Assembly: GCA_907165135.1 (NCBI GenBank)
Contig: OU015568.1
Span: 1,984,001 to 2,048,000, forward strand
Direction of reading: 5' to 3'
DNA: 64,000 nucleotides
Source of the DNA: Oikopleura dioica
Taxonomy: Eukaryota; Animalia; Chordata
In this document: positions 1 through 12,082 of the stretch, one piece after another
Layout: every line of letters starts with the position of its first letter
Numbering within the stretch: the first letter of the stretch is position 1
The notes under the pieces: model-generated
What the model was told of the DNA's origin: nothing
Databases searched by the model: none
What the model saw: the letters and a program-made list of their open reading frames with translations, nothing else
Position numbers and translations under genes: made by a program

Positions 1-235
1 ACAAGTTGACTTTCTCAATCTCCATGTCCTGTAACTCAAAAAACTCCAAAGAAAGTCTCTCTTTTTCTCTATTCAGAAAATCCGCGGAAATCATCGACTT
101 CATAATTTTAAACTTGACATCATTTTCTCCTCCATCTTCTAGCCTCGTGATGATTCTTTTGAGCTTGTTGTAGTCGACATATTCCGACCTCCATTCAGAA
201 GTGAGCTTTTCTTGAATCTCTTGGCCGAATTTCAT
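1..235 (-). CDS. XPR1: SPX-domain N-terminus of XPR1-like phosphate exporter (continues off the left edge)
   Basis: Manual translation from ATG at 235: MKFGQEIQEKLTSEWRSEYVDYNKLKRII...EFFELQDMEIEKVNL. This matches the SPX signature MKF..L.....EW...Y..Y..LK. In animals SPX is found in XPR1. Not in the ORF track because it is truncated by the window edge. Confidence 0.8.
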   Translation of the reverse strand, partial: MKFGQEIQEKLTSEWRSEYVDYNKLKRIITRLEDGGENDVKFKIMKSMISADFLNREKERLSLEFFELQDMEIEKVNL

Positions 236-293
236 CTCTTTTTATCTCAAGATTGGGTCTTGAGCTATTTTCGATGAAAAATAGGTCATCAAC

Positions 294-641
294 TTTATTG
301 CTGACACGCCATACCTATTTACGGTGAAAAATTCTTACTTTTAATTGCTGCGACCTACATATTGTCTGATTTTGTTTAGCTCATTGTCGAAAGAAAATTT
401 ATTCATTTTATTGATTGTTAAATTCTAGTGACAAAAGGGATAGACAATCAATCGTTCTTTTCTTTTGTATCTTTCTTAAATTTTTCAGGATTGTTGAAAA
501 ATTCTTCTGCCCCTCGATCGTCGTAAGCATCGGCACACCAAGTGTTTCCGGCAATAAAAATGCTATAATCAGCTATTAAAATAAAAACAGTGGTTACAAC
601 AAGACCTGCCAGAACTTGCAAAAGACCTAAAGCTCCAAAAA
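294..641 (-). pseudogene. Duplicated, frameshifted 3' fragment of the SLC22 gene (last intron, last exon, 3' UTR to AATAAA)
   Basis: Direct repeat of 6117-6467. It has a C4 run at 510-513 where the intact copy has C5 (6335-6339), which shifts the LPETLGVPMLTTIEG exon out of frame. Confidence 0.85.
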
Positions 642-1450
642 TGTTAAAAAAGTAAAATTGACTTGACCCTGAAAAACATTATCGGCCCCGACCCTAGATG
701 ACCTTGAAAAATGACAATTAAAAAGGAGGGAACAGGCTGTAAAAGTGTCGGACAAGCAGTCAGGAGTCAAGAGTCAAGTTCTCATAAAGGAGCTGAAAAA
801 CTGTTTTTAGCTACCTTGGACGTAGAATTGTTCACAATCAGGCCAACCTGTACGTGAAAGGCTCGATTTTCAGAGAAAAATACGAGAGAATGATCAATCC
901 TCTTCCAGAAACAAAGATCCGGGTATTTATAATTTCCAGTGGAAAATTCCCGAAAACATTAGATAAAACTTATTTAATCAAAGTGCATTGATTGCGACTG
1001 CATCGGATTTTTACGACAAAAAGGAAAGAAAGTTTATTTATTCCCGGACAAAATTTTGACAAGTCGGAGCATTCACACTCAGAAATATGACACAAACAGA
1101 GCGAAGAAGAAGAAAAAGTGGAAGAAAAAAATCACCTCGCAAGCTAGTTTGGCAGAGCATGGGAACGCAACAACTGCTCAAAAATACACTTATCTTTCGC
1201 TGGGTTCTTTGTTCTGGATTACGATTATGCTCATAGGTATTTTGTTTTATTTTACTCGTAGCCGAGCGCGCAGCAGTCTAGCTGCAACGACACGCCCCGG
1301 TGCTCGAAATACGGGAAGCTTATTGGCGTTGAAGGCATATTTACGCTAACCGCTCCCCGACGGGTTAACTATACGACGACAAATGTGCCATTAGGGTTCT
1401 TTCCGAAATTTAAACTTTCAGAGTTTTTTTCTCCTAAAACTTCTAATTAA

Positions 1451-1561
1451 GGGGATGGTAGTCGGTTTTGCGAAAATTGGAATTTTGAATTCCTCTTTTC
1501 AGATTCTGAAAGCTCGTAAAGAGAGCTACAAAATTCCTATTTAAAACCGACTACAAACCCC
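1451..1561. mobile_element. 111-bp TTAA MITE (Kolobok-like termini)
   Basis: TTAA|GGGGATGGTAGTCGGTTTT ... AAAACCGACTACAAACCCC|TTAA. The 19-bp TIR has 2 mismatches and TTAA is duplicated on both sides. Confidence 0.75.
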
Positions 1562-4541
1562 TTAACAGCAAATGTTTACTCCCTGGAGAAATCTCGCGGT
1601 GTCACAACTTATCTGACTTCGACTTGCCATCGAAATTACAAAGAATGTCTCAAAATCGCCACAATGGATTACTGCGGGCATTTGATGAAAATATGCGTTA
1701 TAAGTAAAAGATTTCTGCGCCCCCTGCCAGTAACCAAGATCGAACAAGAAAAACCTGCACGTGTTGTTTTTTCCGAAGAGGAAAACGGAAGAAATCTTCT
1801 GCGCTGTCAAAAGAAACAGTTTTACGACCAAAAGATTTGTCGCCATCTGTGTTCGAAAACGCTCGTTTTGGAGTCAACAAGAACAAACCCGATTTCTCCT
1901 TGCGAGTCGATGTGTTTTGAATTGACAAGATCTAATGGCCAGGTTTGTCCATTCCAAAAGAATTGTAGAAATGGCTGTCCTTGTCCTTCTTACGAGTGCG
2001 AGAAATTAACGTCAAGTCAAAAGTTGATTCCTGTATTCGACATGCGCTGGGATTCCAACGAGAACAGTACCTTGGATGAAAGCGTTTTCGATGCTTTCCA
2101 GTTTTCAACTTCGTCAACGTCAACAATGTCAATGTCGGCTTCGTCAACATCCACTTCTTCAATGTCAACTTCCTCGTCGGCTATTTTAACTACCTCAACG
2201 TCATTTACCTCATTGACGACGGCTCTAACCACAGCATATACGTCTGATATGTCAGTGTCAACGATATCTACATTGTCAACATACTCCAACGACATTCTTA
2301 CATTGATACCCCCCGAAGAAATAAAACTGATAAGCGGTCGTTGGAAGAACCGCGAGAAACAGATTAAAAATGGTCGCTTCAGATTTCTGTTCTCCGACTT
2401 CAATAAAACTGCTCGACATTTAAATGCTTTCGATCAGCTTTTTCCTTATGAAAGTTTTTTCTTCTCAGCTTTTATTTGAAGATTTTAAATCAGTAAAAAC
2501 GGAAAAGTCAATTGGTGCTACTTTTCTGAACGGAGAGCATTATTTGGTCGATACCCTAGGAAACTTGTTGAAAATCAACGAAAACGGACATGCTCCAGTT
2601 TTTATCCCAAGTCTAAACAAACAAAGGTAGTTTTATTCTTTGCCATAACTTGATTAAATTAAATTTTCAGAGGCTACTTTGTCTTTCACTTTGGATCATC
2701 CATCGGAACTCATCAAATTGAGATTCTCCTAGAAGAGAGAGGAGTAAAAGTGTTTCCAGTTGTCGTTATCTGAAAAAGGTCGAAAAGAATGTATTGTGCT
2801 TCCTGAAAACAATTTTCGATCCTTTAAAGCCGGCCAACTGGAAGAACAGACAAATGCTATTTCTACGCTCCGGCTTACAATTTAGACCGTTTTGAAGAAG
2901 CCCAGGGTTTCATCGCAAGCAATCACTTTAACGCGAAAGTTTCTTCTGTCAGCTTCAAGGAAATCTTTTATTTGATGAGCGTCAGGCTCGGAGACCATTT
3001 TTTAAAACTGTCGACAACAAGGAGCTTGAGCAGAATTGCCAAAAACGAAGAATCGGAAAAGGGCTGGAAGAAAGGCGAGTTTGGAGTGCCGAGAGAACTG
3101 AAAGATCAAGAGCCAGTCCACGTGATGCCTTTGGAACGAGTTGAAATCGTTCTCAGAGTTCTAAGACACAGTTCACTAGTTTTAACTTGAAAAGATCGAC
3201 ACAGGCAGACTGCTTTTGGTTCTCGTGACGAGAAGTATAACGCTCTCGAACACGCTGTACTCAGTGCTCTTGGAAGCCGAAGGGCAGTTTCTGACCATAG
3301 GCCGCGACTGGGTCGGATCCCTGGTCAAGTACGATCAAAATGCTCTCTGCTTCTCGACCTTGTTTTCTGAGGATGATCCATTTTACACAGATCAAAAGGG
3401 AATCAACAACGACGAATGCAGCTACTTCGCAAACGCAATCGCCAATACCGAGAAAATTTATTTGCAAAGTTCGGTTTTTGAATTCATTTTTGAGATCAAA
3501 TTTAATTTCGGAGAGGATATTACATTATTTAGCTTATCAATTTTCTTTCGGCTGCGCTCGGGAACAAGTGTTAAATTTTGCGTCAGGGTCTGAAGAGCTA
3601 AATAAAAAGTCGCGAAAATATAAGAGTCTCAATCTTTTATCCATCTCCGCGAGAAAAGCCAGACTCTAACTCGGGTATTCGACACAGGTTGCCGAGCTCG
3701 AAAAATGTAAAATCCTTGAAAATACCTGGTCGAGCTCGACCTTGTCCAAATCGAGGCGCAAGGAAAAATGCACGTGACAAGTAACCCCTATTTCGCATTT
3801 CACGACGACGTCTTTCCAGCTTTTGCCAAAAATGCTGTCTCACAGTCGAAATTCCCGGCCGTTGTATTTTCTCAAACACTCATTCCGGATCATCCATTTT
3901 CCGGGCTGGAAGGATTAAACCATATTGCAACTGCTGAGGCCAAATTGAATGCGAAAGATACTTTCGAATTCGAAGTCGATTTTCAGGAAAAAACGCGATT
4001 TTCAAAAGCAACAAGAATTCTTGAGAATACATTTTTCGACGGAACAGTTTTCTTTAGCTTTGGAGTTGGTGGAAATGACTCTCTTTGGATAGATTCTGAT
4101 TATTTGGAGGGACGATTTATTCTGCCGTCGAAGGCTGCTCGATTGACAAAGATTCGACTTCATTTCAAAAAGTCTTTTCTTGAAATTCTCGAGGATCAGT
4201 GATATTTTACCCTCGCACTCTTGATTATTCGCATTTTTTTAAACACAAGAATAATATCTGTAAAAGATTCCAAAGCAAAAGACGCAAACTCTTTCGAAAA
4301 TCAAGACGACCGGCCTTGAAAATGTGAAAAATAAAAAATTCCGTGTTTTTAAATTTGACTTTCGCGTTGAAATCAAGAATTATTTTTATACGTCCGAGTT
4401 CGAAGAAAAAACTCTGCTGGTCATGGGCGCAAACATTAACAAGGCGTTTAAGATGTCCTTCGGGGGATCGACTAAGACGGCAGTGACGATGGTGGCGCGA
4501 ACTAAAGATTTTCTCGAAGATGGCCCTTTTTGTCTTGTTAG

Positions 4542-5042
4542 CAGAGTTGCAAATTTGCTGAGCTGAGTGAGCTGAGCTGGCTGAGTGAGCTGAGCAGTCG
4601 CTCAGCTCAGCTCAGCTCACTGATTTTCGAAAGTGAATTTATCTGCTCAGCTCAGCTCAGCTCAGACAATAATCACTCAGCTCAGCTCAGCTCAGCTCAA
4701 TTATTCTCGAACATGATCTGTTCTGCTCAGCTCAGACAAGTATCATTCAGCTCAGCTCAGCTCAATGATTTTAACACAATTTTACTACTAAAAAACAGTA
4801 AAAAATAGCTCAAATCAGCTCACTCAGCTCAGCTCAGCTCTAATTAGGGTCTGCTCAGATCAACTACCTTAAAAAAAGGTCTGCTCAGCTCAGCTCAATG
4901 ACCTCTGAAAATGGCCAGCTCAGCTCAGCTCAGCTCAGTGAGCTCCGAAATAGGCCAGCTCAGCTCAGCTCAGCTCAGAGAATTTCTCACTCAGCTCAGC
5001 TCAGCTCAGCTCAGCGAAAATAAAGCCAAATTTGCAACTCTG
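4542..5042. mobile_element. hAT-like MITE filled with (GCTCA)n arrays
   Basis: Perfect 16-bp TIR CAGAGTTGCAAATTTG and 8-bp TSD CTTGTTAG (4534-4541 and 5043-5050). Excision restores the frame ...GPFCLVRNELHVFGG. Confidence 0.92.
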
Positions 5043-6272
5043 CTTGTTAGAAATGAGCTCCATGTCTTTGGCGGGAGACGAGATGATCGAAAAGTAAGAA
5101 AATGAAAGAAAAGTAATTGAAAATAACTGAATAAGGTGGCAAAATTGGATGGTTGTGTCTGGAAAGAGCAGAATACCCGTTTAATTTACAGATTTTCAAT
5201 CGGCTCTGCAGCGATTGCAATCAAGGATGGTGAACGAGCTCTTATTTGCTTCAATGTCGACGAAAATAAAAAATGCGAGATTTTCGATGCATCGGGCTCG
5301 GCGTCGACTTACGCAGCGAATTATGGGCATTATGGAGGAAAGCTTGGCTTCTACAACGGAAAGCCAACCACAGTTGGAACATCACTTGGCAGCAAAATGG
5401 AAAAGAAGAAAGTCGAAATGCTCGATTCCTCTGGCTGGGCGTTCTTGAGCGATTTTCCATAGTATTTTACAAACTTGATTTGATTTCGTTAACAATTCTC
5501 TAAGTGAGGTAGGTCATCATGTCTTGATTGGCCTTCCAACCGGAAGTCTTGTTCTCGCTGGAGGACGAAAATTTGCGGATAGTCGCTGGATCCCCTACTC
5601 GACAATCTCGCTCCTTAAAAACAGCAGCTGGCTACAAATCGGAAATCTGCGAAATGTAAAAATTCCAGACTCTTAAAAAAAAAGAAAACTTTTAGGCGGA
5701 CTACTATCAATCGGCTATTATTGTCGAAAACTCAATTTTCATCGTTTCTGGCGCCGTTAGTCCGTATGCAATTGAACGAATTGATTTTGAAGGGGATCAA
5801 TTGATCAACCAAGAAGTCATTGGAAGCCATACTTGGTGCTATTTGCCTATCCTTTTCGCTGTTCCTGCTGATTATTGCGTTTAGAACTGACGCTTGCTTT
5901 TTTAACTGAATTCACAAACGCGAGCTGGCGAAAACAAGTTTATTATATCGAGCGTCGAGATTCTTCTCAAATCAACTGTTCTTTGCACTCTCGGAAGCGA
6001 GTTCAAATCTACCTGCTCTAAATAATTCTCGTCTCTGTTAACTCCTGCATTTAAAGACTGAAACATTATTTTCCTCTTTGATATCGTTTCCCCGAGAGAT
6101 TCGATTTTCCGTAAATTTTATTGCTGATACGCCTAAGCTATTTCTGGTCAAAAGATTTTACTTTTAATTGCTGCGACCTACATATTGTCTGATTTTGTTT
6201 AGCTCATTTCCGAAAAAAAAAATTAATTCATTTTATTGATTGTTAAATTCTAGTGACAAAAGGGATAAACAA

Positions 6273-8375
6273 TCAATTGTTCTCTTCTTCTGCATCTTTC
6301 TTAAATTTCTCAGGATTGTTGTAAAATTCTTCTGCCCCCTCAATCGTCGTAAGCATCGGCACGCCAAGTGTTTCCGGCAATAAAAATGCTATAATCAACT
6401 GTTAAAATAAAGACAGTGGGTACAACAAGACCTGTCAGAACTTGCAAAAGCCCTAAAGCTCCAAAAACGACAAACGGAAGCCAACTGGTCGTATTGCCGA
6501 GACCATTGATTAGCGGCGCAACCATGCCTCCGATTCTCCCGCCAGCGGATGAGAGACCAACGCCAATTCCTCGAACTGGAGTTGGGAACATTTCCGACGC
6601 GTGGACATAAACTGAGATCAGTTTAAATGCATTCAAGATGTTTTATTGTGTACCTATTCCAAAAGTCCCCGCAACGCCAAATTTTCCTGCAAAGGCGCAT
6701 GTCGCTTTGAGCGTCCCGTAAGTGCCATTGTCTGGATATTCATTTTGAAGGTAGTCGAAGACAGCTGTTAGGAAACAGCCAGCTGAGCCGAGGAGCATTG
6801 TCCAGACGGTTCCCCATTTTCTTCCTGTTTATGAGTCAAAAAACGCTTGAAATCAAGGAAGAAAATCGGTAAAAACTCTTTCCTATGAATTTCAAGTCCA
6901 TAAAGAAAGGCAGTAAAATGTAGCAAACGATATCGATCATCGCATTAATGAAATTTGAAATGAACAAAGAAGAACCTAAATTTCCAGCGCCAAGCGCAAG
7001 GCCGTAGAAAACAAGCGTCGTAGCAAACCACTGATACATTTCGACCAAAGTGATGATTCTCATTTTCTTTGGCTTGAGAAGATCAATTTGCGTGTATGTT
7101 TTGCCTCCAGCGTCGCTTTTCTGTTGAGCTTTCACCGAGCCTTCGAGCTGCTCTAGAAACTTGTCTTCCGTCTCGATCTCGTATTTTTGCCCGATGAGTT
7201 TCACATTTTCTTTTGCATCGTCGTACCGTTTTTGCGAGAAAATCCATGCCGTCGAATACGGAAGATAGACAAATATCGGGATGACAAAAACTGGAGCGAG
7301 GGCAAGAACGATCATTTGGTCTTGCCAATCTTTGATGAGATATCCAACCAGGGAAAGAAGAGCGTAGCCAACAGCAAAGATTCCTTGAGTCACACAACCG
7401 AACCAGGTTCGCCATTTGGGACCGATAATTTCCATCGTATAAACGAAAGTCCCAGTTCCAGCGGAAATCGAAAAGAAGCCAGAAATCATTCTGATCACCG
7501 CATAACTCCAAACTCCAGCACTTTTCGGCAGAAAAATCAAAGGAATCTGAACGACAATCAAGCAGCAAGAAGCGATCACGGATGCCTTCGTTCTTCCGAT
7601 CTTGTCACAGATTGGGCCGAAAATGAAGACACCGAAGAATAAACCAGAAAAGAAAATTGAAGAAATGGTCGATTCGATGTATGCGTTTTCGCATACAAGC
7701 TCGTAATCGGTCGTTACAGTTCTTGTGAAAACAGACTGGTCGAAAATGTAACCAGTAGAGCATGCCTCGATCTCTATTAACTCATTTATTCGATTCTAGT
7801 AAATAAAGATACCTAATGAAGCAGTTTTGCCTTCTATCTCATTGATGCAGTTTTCAAGAGTCATATTCTGAGAGCAGAGAGATTCGATATTGACGTATTG
7901 AGAGCATGAATCTTCCGGTGAGAAGACAAGACCTTCGGCATAATTTGTACGGTATCTTTCATCCAGTGCACTTTTGCACCGAAATTCTAGATTGGGTTAA
8001 CATGGCATCATAAGGTCATTTATAAGGTATTCAATATGTATTAAAACAAATGATAAAAATTGAATAATATATGAAATATGTAATAATGTACTTATGAGCT
8101 TCGTCTATGACAAGAATGCCTCGCTAACTATGAGAAACCCTTCCTGGTGTAGCCTGAAGAATAATCGAGCCAACTTGCACCAATCCTCCGACGACCCAGC
8201 AATAGTTCACCAAGAAAAACCACAGCACTTGTAGCCACGAGACATGAGGGAACTTTGTAAAGAAAAAGTCAAACCCCAACTTCGAGTCTTCCAAAAGCTC
8301 CTTGTTCTCCATCTTCGGAGGCCTCTGCTCTCTATTTGAATCTTGAAGCTCTGTACTCTCTGGGTCGATTTTCAT
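6273..8375 (-). CDS. SLC22-family organic cation/anion transporter (multi-exon)
   Basis: MFS/SLC22 motifs: MEIIGPKWRTW, LPYSTAW (PESPRW-like), YVHASEMFPTPVRGIGVG, LPETLG. Multiple TM helices. Stop TGA at 6273-6275. Confidence 0.9.
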
Positions 8376-9030
8376 GATGCCGGCTCAAAGTTAAAATAAC
8401 ATAGAAAAATGTAAAAATCAGAATTCTTCCTTTCGGAATAGCTTTTAAGCGTCTTGTTAAAAAGTTTATTGAGTACTCTGAGAACTCCGATGAACGGTTC
8501 TGTATATATAATCTCAAATATTACACTTGTCTGTTCAAAAAGAGAAAATTTTCCACAAGTCTTTTTTGTCGAGTTGAGTGATTTTGCTGATTCATGAATT
8601 TCATTAATGATTTTCACAGTAATTTTTATTGTAAGATTTAAAATCTAATATAAATCATAATGCAAAACATTATGAAAACCGAGTTCCTTATTCTTCAGAT
8701 TAATTTCTTCTCTAATTTAATCAAATCGACATTTCAGTCTGGTTTTGCCGAAAGTCTATTTACGTGAGAATGTATTTTGCCGATAGGAAGAGTAAGCAAT
8801 AGTGAAACAGATGAAGAAATTCAATGAATTTTGTTTACTCTTAGGAGGCCTGTCAGTTTATCGTCAAAAGAAGCTCTTTTTTAACGGCGAGTTTATGAAA
8901 TTAGCATTATCCTCATAATGTAAAATATTTTAAAAAATCATAACGGGTTTCAAGTTTTATTCAATTTAATAATTATATGACAGGATGCATTAGAAAATGT
9001 TTTTTATTTAAGTTTTTTCTGTTGAACTTC

Positions 9031-12000
9031 TTAGACTGGCGGTATCAATTTGACTTCTGGGATAATTTCAAATCCATCCAGCCTTGCTTCCTTTGATTCT
9101 TCATCATAAATTAGTTTAAAATACTCTTTTTCTGAACTAGAGATTAAAATAATATCGCCGTGTGATTCTTTTTTCGGTCAAAAATTGCATATTTGAATTG
9201 CCGGTCTCAAATGTTTATGACCGTTATCCTATTGCTCTGAGATCTTTGAAAATCGGATTTTCAAGATCAAATCGTTCTTTAATATTGTCATGACGAAAAT
9301 TTGTTTCGATTCTGGAAATTCGACTGAAACGACCATAAATATATCTTTTAAGGCTTTAAGAGTAATCGTTTGTTAAAGAAAATATGATAATATAAATAAA
9401 AAAAATTTTAAAAACATTTAAAGCTTTACTGTAGAGAATGATAAAGTAAGAGGCTTTTGTCCATGATTGCTCTTTATAGCGTCCACCCCAGCGGCTTTTA
9501 AGCTCGAACTCGCGGTATCTGAAAACTGCGACAAAAAGAATTCCTTTCCGATCTTTATAAACAGATTTTTGTATTCTTCAAAATATCAGAGAGAAAATTC
9601 ATAAATTTGCTTTCCTGGAATAGGGTAAAAATCGTTGATGGCTGTATCATAAGGAAAACTGTCTTCAACTCGGTCGCTGGTTGAAAACCAGTAGTTTGAT
9701 GTACCATGAGACTCATTTTTAAATTCAAACCGCCAGAGCGGATCCTCATATGTCCAAAATTTCCAATCTCTGTTAAAATTATTTATCGTTATGAATTCGA
9801 TATTTCTTGAGACAAGATTCACTGAAAGAATGAAAAGCTTGTTTTCGAAAACGAATGATCGTCGTCTGTAGATTCCGTAAGTATTTGCGAGTTCCCTAGA
9901 TTCTGCTTTAGCTTCAAATATGATTTTTCTTCCTTGTTTCTCTGGGTCGACAAAGAAACATTTTGCTGGATACTTAATCGGACTACTAAAATACATTTAT
10001 TTAAAAGAGATATCGGATTTGAACGATATATATTTTACCAAAACCAAAAGAAATCATTAAAAACAGCGGCAACACTTTTCGGTAAATTTGTTTCAAATGA
10101 ACCATATCCAAGTTGATTCCAATTGAACAAATTGTTATTTCCGTAAGCTTGCAGGAATGATTCAGTACCAATCTCTGTTAATGCATGATTAAGGACCCTC
10201 GGTCAATTGGAAATAATCTTTTCAAATTAATGATTTTTAACAAGCAGGCAAATGAATCACAGTTCCTACATTTTGTATAGCATTTTCGCCTGCAGGAACT
10301 TTGTACGCTCCCAAATATCCGTTAATTAAATAGTGATTTCCTTTAAGATACAAGATTGCGAAGCCCATCAACGGTTCATCAACTAGAATTACAGCCATTT
10401 TTACGCCAGATAAATCATTTAAAAAGATATGGTTATTATATATGATTCATATAATATAGTTCATATAAGTTATATATGGGCATATATAATATAAGCATAC
10501 ATGTCAGTATCGGGAATTCTGGAGAATATCGAAGTGATTCATGATTCGGCAACGTAAATTCTCGCAATTGTAAAATCATCCTTTCGAACACTTTGTGGAT
10601 ACTCAATGATTTCAAGTCAAAAGAAACAAGTCGAGACAAATGTCTGTAGTCCGGTGAAGTTATTTCGTAAGGTGATCTTAGAGGCGGATCGTTTTATAAT
10701 TTAGTAGCATTTTATTAGCATTTAAATTTTTCATAAAATCGTAGCCTTTCAGCAGTTTCTCAAAACTATAAAACCCTACTTATAGACTTAATGTAATAGA
10801 CTATTACTAGGCCTCGGACGTAAAAAATCATCACCACCAGCCGGTCGTCGTACGGTAACAAGAATAGGCTCATTCGAAAGCTCTTAAAAAGGACTTTCTG
10901 TTGGGCTTATAAAAAAACTGGGCCATGTCCTCCTTTTTCGATATATTTGATTTTGAAGGTAAGCTTCGAAAAATATTTTTCAAAATAACTCGTATCAGAA
11001 AGGGAGGGCCCAGTTTTTTTATCGGTCAAATAGAAAGCCCTTATCAAGAGCTTTCGAATGAGCCCACTCTTGTTCCCGTACGATGACCGGATGATGAAAA
11101 TCGTCTTTTTTACGTCCGAGGCCTAACTATTACTAAGAGTCTATATTATAGACTCTATAGTCTAAAGTCTTTAGTCTTCTATAGTCTTTATGAGTCACTA
11201 TAAAAAGATTGTTACAACGATCCTTGTCTTTCTAAATGGATTTCTTTCAACCGTTTGATCATCAAGCTCAAATAATGGATCAGAAGAATTGTAATAAAAC
11301 CCGAATGTCATTTTTCTGGTGTCGATGCTCTCACATTTGTAAAAAGGACATGGACATCCATTAGGACAATTTTTCTCGAAAGGACAGATCTCACTCGACT
11401 GACCAGCATCACTCATCAGTGCTTTACAAAGCTCTTGGCATTCACGATCGTCGTCTTCCTCAATTTTGGAGCAGTAACGAAAGCATAATATCTGATCTAT
11501 AAATGGCAGTTAAACTAAGAGGTGAAATGATTATTATTTTTTACCGTAAAAATTCAATCTTCTACATCTTTTGAGATTAATTTGCTGCTCTTCCTCGGAA
11601 TAAGTGAATATTTGTAAAACCTTGCTTTCTTCAATAACAGAAATTTCACCCTGTGGAAACTCGAAATCACCAAATTCCTGCATACATCTTTTGAATCGCG
11701 GGTAGCACTCGTTGAAAGAAAAGTCGAGCATGCATTGTTTATAGCTCTTTCCACAGTTGAGCGTTTTAAAAGTCAAAACAGGACCAAGTTTCTCAATGCC
11801 AGCAAAATTTGTCGCAAGAATGATGGACTGCCAAAAGATGAATCCCAAAACTGCATAAGTGTATTTTTGCTTATTTGTTGAAAATCCGCTAAGATTCAAA
11901 TTAATAAATCGCCATGGAGGGCATATAAAAATCAACTCGTCTTATTAAAATATCAGAACTTACTGGGGCTCGAGGTCAAATTTTCCAACATTCAAATAAG

Positions 12001-12082
12001 AATAAAGCGGTTTTGATTTATCTGGAACGAGAATAAGGTTTCCTTCCATTTTCCTAACCACTCCCGTGCAGTGGCACTCCAT
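9031..12082 (-). CDS. Cys-rich type-II membrane family member, copy 2 (apparently without the kelch-like C-terminal module)
   Basis: Homologous to copy 1: QKYTYAVLGFIFW, FTYSEEEQQINLKRCRRLNFY, ICPFEKNCPNGCPCPFYKCE, LKGNHYLI. The ATG at 12082 and the 3' end near 9031 were inferred by hand. Confidence 0.65.
10808..11125. mobile_element. 318-bp hAT-like MITE with long imperfect inverted arms
   Basis: TIR TAGGCCTCGGACGTAAAAAA, with arms that stay similar further inward. 8-bp TSD ACTATTAC (10800-10807 and 11126-11133). Confidence 0.88.

Larger units (their letters stand above)
1056..5884 (+). pseudogene. Cys-rich / kelch-like type-II membrane family member, copy 1 (disrupted)
   Basis: Order of modules: TM exon (QKYTYLSLGSLFWITIMLIGILFYF), Cys-rich module (CRHLCSK...CESMCFELT...CPFQKNCRNGCPCPSYECE), Ser/Thr tract, MHVTSNPYFAFHDDVFPAFAKN block, then kelch-like repeats (LHVFGG, LGFYNGKPTTVG, SLVLAGG) ending ...VPADYCV* at 5884. 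A MITE sits in an exon at 4542-5042 and there is an apparent frameshift near 3715-3725. The start is uncertain. Confidence 0.7.

Noticed and set aside
4911-5105. 64-aa SSAQL-repeat ORF
   Set aside because: Translation of the GCTCA array of the MITE running into the host exon.
10430-10500. AT-rich ATAT tracts (also about 8020-8090 and 11140-11195)
   Set aside because: Low-complexity intronic sequence with no structure beyond composition.
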